Notes: generated from the sequence alone by a model not told the origin. Counted from the first letter of the stretch, positions 7,697-14,625 are shown. The stretch is 14,832 nucleotides of DNA from Armatimonadota bacterium (GCA_052386995.1 JBQTJP010000087.1:1-14832), one strand, 5' to 3'. A program made the numbers and translations.

Positions 7697-9193
7697 ATGC
7701 CGGCCCGGACGGGAGCCGAGTTCATCAACGGACTGCGGGCGCAGTCCCGCGACATCTGGATCGGCGGCGAGCGTGTCGGCGACCCTACGACCCACCCCGC
7801 GTTCCGCAACGTCGTCCGCAGCGTCGCCGCCCTCTACGATATGCAGCACGATCCCGCGCTGCGCGACGAGATGACGTACATATCGCCCTCAACCGGTGCG
7901 CGCGTCGGCCTCTCGTTCCTCACACCGCGCAGTCATGACGATCTGGCGCGTGTGCGGGGGATGATGAAGCGCTGGGCGGACTACTCCGGCGGCATGATGG
8001 GCCGCGCGCCGGACTACCTCAACCGGTCGGTCATGGCGTTTGCGGCCGCGGCCGATTACTGCGCCGCCAACGATCCGCGCTTCGGCGACAACATCCGACG
8101 CTACTACGAGCACGTGCGCGAGAACGATCTGTGCCTGACCCACACGCTCATCAACCCGCAGGCCAACCGTGCGGTCGGGCCGTCCAAACAGGCCGATCCG
8201 TACCTTGCCGCAGGGATCGTGCGCGAAACCGACGATGGCGTGCTCATCCGCGGCGCGCGCATGCTGGCCACCCTGCCCGTGAGTGACGAGATCATGGTCT
8301 TCCCCTCGACCGTGCTGCGTGGTCAGGAGGAAGACGCGCCATACGCGTTCGCTTTCGCGATCCCCTGCGCGACGCCCGGGTTGCGTTTTCTCTGCCGCGA
8401 GACGTTCGACTACGGGCGGGACCCTGCCGACCACCCGCTGGGAAGCCGGTTCGAAGAGATGGACGCGGTCGTCATCTTCGACGACGTGCTTGTCCCGTGG
8501 GAACGGATGTTCCTGATGCGCGACGTCGAGCGGTGCAACAAAGCGTTTGCCGAAACGCGCGCCGTCGTGCACATGGCGCACCAGGTCGTCACGAAGAACG
8601 TCGCCAAGACCGAGTTCGTGCTGGGCCTGGTCTGCCTGATCGTCGATACGATCGCCATCGAGCAGTTCCAGCACGTGCAGGAGAAGGTCGCAGAGATCAT
8701 TCAGTACCTTGAAACCATGCGGGCTTTCCTACGGGCAAGCGAGGCCGATGCGGCGATCGACCGCTGGGGCGTCATGACGCCGGCCTGGCCGCCGTTAGAC
8801 GCCGCCCGCAACACGTACACGCGCATGTATCCCCGAATGATCGAGATCGTCCACCAGCTCGGCGCGAGCGGCCTGATGGCGATCCCCACTGCCGCCGATA
8901 TGGCCGGCCCGCAGGGCCCGACGATCGAGAAATACTACCAGGCGGCGCGTGCTGGATCGCGCGACCGTGTGCGCCTGTTCAGACTGGCCTGGGATCTCGC
9001 GCTATCGGCGTTCGGCAGCCGCCAGGCGCTCTACGAGCGGTTCTTCTTCGGCGACCCTGTGCGGATGGCCGGTGCGATGTTTGCCAACTACGACAAGGCG
9101 CCCTACATGGAGCGGGTTCGCCAGTTCCTGGCGCGCGCCGACCAGGAGGCCGCGGGCAAGAGTGAGCGGGCGCGCGCCGGGGAGCGCGCCTGA
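7697..9193 (+). CDS. hpaB: 4-hydroxyphenylacetate 3-monooxygenase, oxygenase component, 498 aa
   Basis: Motifs MPARTGAEFINGLR, GMMGRAPDYLN, THTLINPQANR, GARMLATL, HPLGSRFEEMDA and RQALYERFFFGDP; SD AGGAGG. Confidence 0.95.
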   Translation: MPARTGAEFINGLRAQSRDIWIGGERVGDPTTHPAFRNVVRSVAALYDMQHDPALRDEMTYISPSTGARVGLSFLTPRSHDDLARVRGMMKRWADYSGGMMGRAPDYLNRSVMAFAAAADYCAANDPRFGDNIRRYYEHVRENDLCLTHTLINPQANRAVGPSKQADPYLAAGIVRETDDGVLIRGARMLATLPVSDEIMVFPSTVLRGQEEDAPYAFAFAIPCATPGLRFLCRETFDYGRDPADHPLGSRFEEMDAVVIFDDVLVPWERMFLMRDVERCNKAFAETRAVVHMAHQVVTKNVAKTEFVLGLVCLIVDTIAIEQFQHVQEKVAEIIQYLETMRAFLRASEADAAIDRWGVMTPAWPPLDAARNTYTRMYPRMIEIVHQLGASGLMAIPTAADMAGPQGPTIEKYYQAARAGSRDRVRLFRLAWDLALSAFGSRQALYERFFFGDPVRMAGAMFANYDKAPYMERVRQFLARADQEAAGKSERARAGERA

Positions 9194-9195
9194 CG

Positions 9196-9813
9196 GTGGC
9201 GTCGGCGACACCCCTGGAGGTCCCGGATCCAAAGGCTCTTCGGCGCACAATGGGTCTCTTCGCAACGGGCGTCACGGTCCTGGCGACGAACACGCCGGAC
9301 GGGGTCGTGGGGATGACCGCCAACGCTATCTCCTCGGTGTCGCTCGACCCGCTCCTCGTGCTCGCGTGCGTCGACCACCGCGCGCGGTTTGCCGGCTGTC
9401 TTGCGCCCGCGCTGCCGTTCTCGATCAATTTCCTGCGTGATGATCAGGAGGTGCTGTCGCGCTACTTTGCGGGCGGCTGGCGTGATCATCCTGCCCCCGA
9501 GTATCGATTCGAGCCCTGGGGGAGCGCTCCGCGGCTCGTCGGTGCGCTCGCCGCGGTCCGCTGTGACATCGACAGACTGTACGACGGCGGCGACCACTGG
9601 ATTGTCGTCGGCCGTGTCGTCGGGGTCAACGAAGGGATTGCGCCATGGAATCCCCTTCTGTTCTATGCTGGACGCTACCGGCGTTTGGCCCCGCTCGTGA
9701 CTCCGGCGGCGCCACCGGAGGAATGGGGCCCGGACGGCATTTCCATCTATTACGAACAGTGGGATGCTCCGGGCCGGGCCTCGGGCGCAGAACCCTCGGA
9801 GCCTCTGGGATGA
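9196..9813 (+). CDS. hpaC: Flavin reductase component of 4-HPA 3-monooxygenase, 205 aa
   Basis: Motifs LRRTMGLFATGVTV, GMTANAISSVSLDP, GGDHWIVVGRV and PLLFYAGRY; lies directly after hpaB. Confidence 0.9.
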   Translation: MASATPLEVPDPKALRRTMGLFATGVTVLATNTPDGVVGMTANAISSVSLDPLLVLACVDHRARFAGCLAPALPFSINFLRDDQEVLSRYFAGGWRDHPAPEYRFEPWGSAPRLVGALAAVRCDIDRLYDGGDHWIVVGRVVGVNEGIAPWNPLLFYAGRYRRLAPLVTPAAPPEEWGPDGISIYYEQWDAPGRASGAEPSEPLG

Positions 9814-10811
9814 GCGCCGGCACGAGCGTCCCAGCGATACTCCGGGCCGGCCACGTGGCCTTCCGCGTCACAGATCTGGAACGCGCGCGCGAGTTCTACG
9901 TTGACCTGCTCGGATTCGTCGAAACCGCGGCCGATCGCCACGCACTCTATCTGCGGGGACTGGAGGAAACCGAGCACCACAGCCTCATGCTCCGGCGCGC
10001 GGCAACTCCCGGCGTCTCGCACATCGCGTTCAAGGTGGCCTCGGCGGACGATCTCGACCTGCTGCAGCGGATCTGCCGGCAGGCCGACCTTCCTCTACGA
10101 TGGATTGAGGCGGGCGAGGAAGCGGGCCAGGGCCGGGCGCTGCGCGTTCAAGATCCCGGCGGACTCCCCGTGGAGTTCTACGCCGAGATGGACCGCACCG
10201 AGCGGCGGCTGCAGCGTTTCGATCTCTACCGGGGGCCGCACATCATGCGCCTGGACCACTTCAACTGTCAGGTGCCCGACGTCGCGGCGCTCTACGACTG
10301 GTATACGACCGCGTGGGGGTTTCGCTGCTCCGAGTACACCGAGACCGATGATGCCACGCCGCGTCTGTGGGCGGCATGGCTGCACCGCAAATCCAACGTA
10401 CACGACATCGCGCTGATGACCGGCATCGGCCCCCGGGTCCATCACGCCGGATTCTGGCTGCCCGAAACCATCAACGTCATCCGGGCCTGTGATGTCCTGG
10501 CAGGGGCCGGGCATCACGAAGCGATCGAGCGCGGGCCCGGCCGGCACGGGATCTCCAATGCACTGTTCCTGTACCTGCGGGATTTCGACGGAAACCGGAT
10601 CGAATTGTACACCGGGGACTACCTGACAACCGACCCGGACCGGCCGCCGCTGAGGTGGAGCATTAACGATCCCCGGCGGCAGACTTTCTGGGGCCACGCC
10701 GCACCGGCGAGCTGGTTCGATGAGGCGTCTTCGGTTGAATCCGTCCTCTCGGGAGAATTCCTGCTGACCCGGCCGCCCATCCTGGCGGACCGGCCGGAAT
10801 TCGTCACCTGA
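9810..10811 (+). CDS. hpaD: 3,4-dihydroxyphenylacetate (homoprotocatechuate) 2,3-dioxygenase, VOC/type I extradiol family, 333 aa
   Basis: Motifs RLDHFN, HRKSNVHDIAL, HHAGF and IERGPGRHGISNALFLYLRDFDGNRIELY. Start is ATG 9810, overlapping the hpaC stop (ATGA). Confidence 0.93.
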   Translation: MSAGTSVPAILRAGHVAFRVTDLERAREFYVDLLGFVETAADRHALYLRGLEETEHHSLMLRRAATPGVSHIAFKVASADDLDLLQRICRQADLPLRWIEAGEEAGQGRALRVQDPGGLPVEFYAEMDRTERRLQRFDLYRGPHIMRLDHFNCQVPDVAALYDWYTTAWGFRCSEYTETDDATPRLWAAWLHRKSNVHDIALMTGIGPRVHHAGFWLPETINVIRACDVLAGAGHHEAIERGPGRHGISNALFLYLRDFDGNRIELYTGDYLTTDPDRPPLRWSINDPRRQTFWGHAAPASWFDEASSVESVLSGEFLLTRPPILADRPEFVT

Positions 10812-10815
10812 AAAT

Positions 10816-10841
10816 GACCCCCGGCCGCCGGCCGGGAGGTC
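10816..10841. terminator. GC-rich hairpin directly after hpaD, probable terminator
   Basis: GACC-CCCGGCC gcc GGCCGGG-a-GGTC. An A-run precedes it (a short U-tract on the minus strand); there is no U-tract on the plus strand. Confidence 0.5.
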
Positions 10842-10850
10842 TACAGGGTG

Positions 10851-10926
10851 CAAATAAAAGGGCCGGGGGTGGGAACCGGAACGACGTCCTCCGGCACCGT
10901 CGGTCCGGAGGGGACACCCCCGACCC
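10851..10926 (-). terminator. Long structured 3' element with U-tract after the small minus-strand ORF
   Basis: On the minus strand GGGUCGGGGGUG pairs with CACCCCCGGCCC (12 bp, one G-U), encloses an inner CCUCCGG/CCGGAGG stem and is followed by UUUUAUUUG. Confidence 0.6.
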
Positions 10927-10930
10927 AGGC

Positions 10931-11128
10931 CTACGTAACTGGTTGCCTCTCGCGCTCCGTTGCGCGGACGTCCTCCCACGCCGCCGACCTGACTGCCTCC
11001 AAGTCGGGCAGGAGCGGTCCGAACTCAGCAACGATCCTGCTGCCGGGCCCCAGCAACTGCAAGCCGTCCTCGTGTTCGACGACTTCGTAGCCCTCCGGCA
11101 GGCCACTCAGCGCCAAGCGCCAGCCCAT
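10931..11128 (-). CDS. Small hypothetical protein, 65 aa (MGWRLALSGLPEGYEVVEHEDG...AAWEDVRATERERQPVT)
   Basis: Fills an otherwise empty gap, has a globular-looking composition, a GGTGGTG SD-like element before ATG 11128 and a terminator-like structure just after the stop. The upstream 43 codons of the track ORF look non-coding. Confidence 0.65.
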   Translation of the reverse strand: MGWRLALSGLPEGYEVVEHEDGLQLLGPGSRIVAEFGPLLPDLEAVRSAAWEDVRATERERQPVT

Positions 11129-11260
11129 GGACACCACCGGCCGGCAGGAACCGCCTTGGTTGCGCAGGCCCCGCCCAACCGGCATTCGTCGCACGGCTTC
11201 TTGTAGCCCGAGGCGCGGCCCTTCCTTTTTGGGCCCTTGTAGGCCCGTTCTGGGCATATT

Positions 11261-11325
11261 CAGTAGTGAGGATTAGCTGAGCTTCACCAGTAGTGAAGTT
11301 CTGGCGATAAAGGGGAGGAACTTCA
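11261..11325. promoter_or_regulatory. Cluster of operator-like repeats in the divergent intergenic region
   Basis: Direct repeat CAGTAGTGA at 11261-11269 and 11288-11296; inverted repeat CTTCAC-N5-GTGAAG at 11282-11298; perfect inverted repeat TGAAGTTC-N16-GAACTTCA at 11294-11325. Confidence 0.5.
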
Positions 11326-11513
11326 GTCAAGCCTGTCGAAGGCGAGATCCTCAACCCCAAAGTCCAGGCAAGCCCGCCACCTTCGTCCCGCGTCGGTTCC
11401 ACAGTATGGGGCGAAGTGCAGAGGTACCGGTGAGAGACGGCACTGGTAAGCGTTGGACGGCCTGGCCCCGCGGAAAGCGGGCAGATCACTGGACGTTTAA
11501 GGAGGGGACTGAC

Positions 11514-11636
11514 ATGAAAAAGGCCATCGCGATCCTTGCGGCAGCCCTGTTGCTGGTAGCAGCGCCCGTCATGGGCCAGCCCGAGGTGAACCTCATCGCT
11601 GGTGTCGGCGACGGGGACACAACTTTCGGCGGCTAA
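11514..11636 (+). CDS. Putative secreted signalling propeptide (RRNPP-type), 40 aa: MKKAIAILAAALLLVAAPVMGQPEVNLIAGVGDGDTTFGG
   Basis: Near-perfect SD TAAGGAGG at 11498-11505. MKK plus a hydrophobic core forms a Sec signal peptide, leaving only about 19 residues of cargo. It ends 73 nt upstream of an HTH-TPR regulator. Confidence 0.8.
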   Translation: MKKAIAILAAALLLVAAPVMGQPEVNLIAGVGDGDTTFGG

Positions 11637-11709
11637 CCAGCCAGCCAGGCGCAGCGTAGCCTGGAGCAGTTAGGAAGGGCGGGGGACTCCGCCGGATGGG
11701 GGTACGACC

Positions 11710-13002
11710 GTGACGCTTGGTGAGAAGGTTCGCCAGGCCCGCAAGACCCGCGGCATCACCCAGCGCGCGCTGGCCGGCGGCGATCTGTCGGAAAGTTTCA
11801 TCAGCATGCTCGAGCACGACAAAGTCAGGCCGTCGCTCGAGACGCTGCGCATTCTGTCCGGCCGGCTCAGCGTGCCGCTCGGCGAGCTGCTGGACGCAGA
11901 CCCACCCCCGCGCAAGCAGGCGGCTGCCAAACTGGAGCTCGGGAACGCACTGCTCCGCCGGAACGATTTCACGGAGGCGATGGAGGCGTTTCAGGAAGCC
12001 GAGCGCGCCGCGGCGGCGGAGGCCCCCCTGGAGTTTTCTTTCCGCATCCACAATGGGATCGGGCAGGCGCTGACCGGCATGCGCCAGTTCGATCTTGCCC
12101 GCGATCAACTGGAGCGTGCGCAAACAATCGCCGATGCGCTCGGGCGGCCGGATCTGCTTTCGCGTGTGGCGGGTGCCACAGGATTTCTTGCCCTCCGGCA
12201 ACGCGACTTTCCGGCCGCCCGGGACGCGTTTACCCGGGGCCTGGCCGCGGTGCGATCGGCCTCCCCGATCGATCCCGAGATCGAGGGCTCACACCTGCAC
12301 AGCCTGGGCCGGGCGTACTCCGAGATGGGCCTGCTGGCGCAGGCGATGGAATGCTATCAGACCGCGCTGCAGCGCCTCGAACCGCTCGGCGACATCGCAA
12401 CCATGGGCATCGTGCACTTCAACCTCGGCGTAGCGCACGAGCGGCAGCGTTCGTATGACTTAGCCCGCCTCCACCTGGAGAAGGCGGCGACGCTGTTCGA
12501 GGCCCAGGAGAACCTACAACTTCTGGGGACCGTCAAGCGCAGCCTGGGTATGCTCCTCATCGATCGGGGGAAGCCCGGCGAGGCTGCAGAGATTCTCGAG
12601 CAGTGCCTGGCGATCGCGAACCGGACGGCCGATGACGTCGGGCGCGCAAAGACCCTGACCGAGCTTGCACGGGTGTCCATGCTGAACGGCGATCTTGGGA
12701 CCGCACGAGCGCAGGCCGAGGAAGCCATCCGCCTGGCCGTGAAGGTGCAGGATCCGGCCGAGGCGGCGCTGGCGGAGTCGGTGATGGCCGCAATCTGTCA
12801 CCGCGAGGGCCGGCTCGATGAGGCCGCACACCGCTACGCCTACGCCCTGGAGCAGTTCGAGCGGCTCCAGATGGCTGCCGAAGTGGCCCGCGTAAGTCGC
12901 GACTACGCGTTTCTATTGCTCGAGAGCGGCGAGGAAGGTCCCGCCGCACGGCACTTCGCCAGGGCTTTCCGGGCTCAGGAGTCGGCCGCCGCGAGCCGGT
13001 AG
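11710..13002 (+). CDS. XRE-HTH + TPR transcriptional regulator (RRNPP-like: NprR/PlcR architecture), 430 aa
   Basis: N-terminal HTH_3 (LGEKVRQARKTRGITQRALAGGDLSESFISMLEHDKVRPSLETLRILSGRL) followed by multiple TPR-like repeats (IHNGIGQAL, LHSLGRAYSEMG, HFNLGVAH, KRSLGMLL); GTG start. Confidence 0.88.
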   Translation: MTLGEKVRQARKTRGITQRALAGGDLSESFISMLEHDKVRPSLETLRILSGRLSVPLGELLDADPPPRKQAAAKLELGNALLRRNDFTEAMEAFQEAERAAAAEAPLEFSFRIHNGIGQALTGMRQFDLARDQLERAQTIADALGRPDLLSRVAGATGFLALRQRDFPAARDAFTRGLAAVRSASPIDPEIEGSHLHSLGRAYSEMGLLAQAMECYQTALQRLEPLGDIATMGIVHFNLGVAHERQRSYDLARLHLEKAATLFEAQENLQLLGTVKRSLGMLLIDRGKPGEAAEILEQCLAIANRTADDVGRAKTLTELARVSMLNGDLGTARAQAEEAIRLAVKVQDPAEAALAESVMAAICHREGRLDEAAHRYAYALEQFERLQMAAEVARVSRDYAFLLLESGEEGPAARHFARAFRAQESAAASR

Positions 13003-13069
13003 GAATCCGCCGGCGATTCTTAAGACCACAACAGCGGCCGCCTGCACGGCTTTGCCGGAGGTGTCGCCC

Positions 13070-13384
13070 ATGTGGATCTTGACGCTCTTCTCCGCCGCGG
13101 CTTCGCTTGTCAACGCGATGGAGCTGCTGTTCAAGGCCTTTCCCGGACAAGGCAAAGTCAAGAAGCGCACCGTGATGACCGCCCTCTCAGACCTGCTGGA
13201 CGCGGCGCGCAAGGCGGGCCTGGAATTCGACAGCGTGGAGCTCCTCGGAAAACTCTCGCAGTATATCGATGACTACGTCGCCATTCAGCACGCGGCCGGG
13301 GTCTTCGCGCGCGGTGGAGCTTCTCTATCCGAACCAGCCGTTCAGACTCCCTTAGACGACAGAGGCGTTCGCGAGCCGTCCTGA
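13070..13384 (+). CDS. Small hypothetical protein, 104 aa, resembling phage holin-like (LL-H-type) small proteins
   Basis: SD GGAGGTG precedes ATG 13070. Hydrophobic N-terminus, then NAMELLFKAFPGQGKVKKRTV and IDDYVAIQHAAGVF. The ORF is well supported; the function is recalled pattern similarity only. Confidence 0.65.
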   Translation: MWILTLFSAAASLVNAMELLFKAFPGQGKVKKRTVMTALSDLLDAARKAGLEFDSVELLGKLSQYIDDYVAIQHAAGVFARGGASLSEPAVQTPLDDRGVREPS

Positions 13385-14625
13385 GCGACCGGCTCCGCGC
13401 TCTCCGCCGGAGCCGCGGAGGGCGTCTCGCCGTTCTCCCGCGGCCGGCCGGCAATCGTCCGGTAGCGGTCGGCCAGCGCGTGGTCGCCCCGCGACCTGTA
13501 GTAGTCACTGAGGTCTTCCGCCGCGTCGGCGAGATCCTCTGAGGGGGTTGCGGCCTGCATCCGTTCGACGGCTCGGGCAAGTAACGGCAGGGCATCGTCA
13601 GCCCTTCGTTGACGCAGCAGTGCCCTGCCCGCGACGGACGATGCGCGGGCGGCTACCAACGGGTCCTGATGCGCGTCTGCAAGCGAGACCGCCCGACGTG
13701 CGACTTCCAGCGCTCCGGCGTCGTCGCCGCCATCCAGGAGCATGCGTCCGCGCTGGATCAGGACTTCGATATGCGCGTCGCGATCTTCGGTGCCGTCGAG
13801 GATGCTTTCTGCGTCCTGCAAGAGCCGTACGGCCTCGGCAGCCGCACCTTCGCGCCCTCTCAACAACGCCAGATGCAGCAACGCGCGGCCGTGCAGACCG
13901 TGCAGGCGGTAGCGTGCCGCCAGTTTCGCCGCGGAGGCTGCCCGTCGCGCCGCGTTTCTGAGATCGCCCACAATAGTCAGCGCGTCGGCGAGGCCAAGCA
14001 TGGCCTGCGCGGCGAGACTCGGGTGGCGCGTGGTCTTCTTCAAGTCCGCGAGCGCGCCGCGAAACCAGGCGACGGCAGCGACCCCGTCGCGCCGGCGAAG
14101 AGCCAGCAACCCGCCAGCAAGATCCCGGCGGGCCGCACCGGGCCGGCCGAGTGAGGCCGTGAGCTCAGAAACGCCGGCGAGCATCGACGCCGCCGTTTCC
14201 GGGTCACCGTGCTCGGCCTCAAACTCTGCAAGGGCGAGCCGCGCTTCTGCCCGATGGAAATCCCATCCGCCCTCATCGGCAAGGTCGGCGGCCATGCGAA
14301 GAACGTGGCGAGCCAGCGCCGCGTTACGCGCCGTGGCGGCCTCGCGGCCCCAGAGCAGCAAACCCTCGACGGCGGTCAGGCGCTGATCCAGCGCGTCCCC
14401 GGCAAGGGCCGACAACGAGGTCTTCAAGCGCCGGCTCAGAAATCGTAGTGTGTCCAGAGAAGGATCCGCGTCACCGCTCTCCAGCTGGCTGATGAAACTC
14501 TTCGTGTAGTCGGCGCCGCCCAGGTTGGCCTGCGTCAATCCCAGGTCGCGGCGGCGCTGGCGAATGCGTCGCCCGATTGGCGCCTCTCCGGGCGCGATAT
14601 GTCGGCGAGAAGGATGACGGCCCAA
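13342..14625 (-). CDS. Second XRE-HTH + TPR-like regulator, 427 aa
   Basis: HTH_3 (IGRRIRQRRRDLGLTQANLGGADYTKSFISQLESGDADPSLDTLRFLSRRL) followed by Ala/Arg-rich helical repeats. TTG start preceded by an AGGTGAGGT SD. Confidence 0.85.
   Translation of the reverse strand: MGRHPSRRHIAPGEAPIGRRIRQRRRDLGLTQANLGGADYTKSFISQLESGDADPSLDTLRFLSRRLKTSLSALAGDALDQRLTAVEGLLLWGREAATARNAALARHVLRMAADLADEGGWDFHRAEARLALAEFEAEHGDPETAASMLAGVSELTASLGRPGAARRDLAGGLLALRRRDGVAAVAWFRGALADLKKTTRHPSLAAQAMLGLADALTIVGDLRNAARRAASAAKLAARYRLHGLHGRALLHLALLRGREGAAAEAVRLLQDAESILDGTEDRDAHIEVLIQRGRMLLDGGDDAGALEVARRAVSLADAHQDPLVAARASSVAGRALLRQRRADDALPLLARAVERMQAATPSEDLADAAEDLSDYYRSRGDHALADRYRTIAGRPRENGETPSAAPAESAEPVAQDGSRTPLSSKGV

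Noticed and set aside
6098..10979. Long antisense ORFs (6098-6997, 7889-8674, 10095-10979 and similar)
   Set aside because: Shadow ORFs expected opposite real genes in high-GC DNA; no recognisable motifs.
11200..11255. Short imperfect repeat CTTGTAG(G)CCCG and small hairpins upstream of the 65-aa ORF; possible CRISPR-like repeats
   Set aside because: Only two short imperfect copies, with no repeat-spacer periodicity and no cas genes; compatible with chance.
11381..11500. Known riboswitch (lysine, SAM-I, c-di-GMP, c-di-AMP, glycine) in the propeptide leader
   Set aside because: By eye the conserved cores of these classes are absent; kept only as an unclassified structured leader.
11406..11513. 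Track start at 11406 giving a 76-aa version of the peptide ORF
   Set aside because: The TAAGGAGG SD and MKK signal-peptide start identify ATG 11514.
10816..14625. Prophage or complete arbitrium (aimR-aimP-aimX) element
   Set aside because: No integrase, structural, replication or endolysin genes and no att-like repeats seen; gene order differs from aimR-aimP-aimX. Only the general RRNPP analogy is kept.
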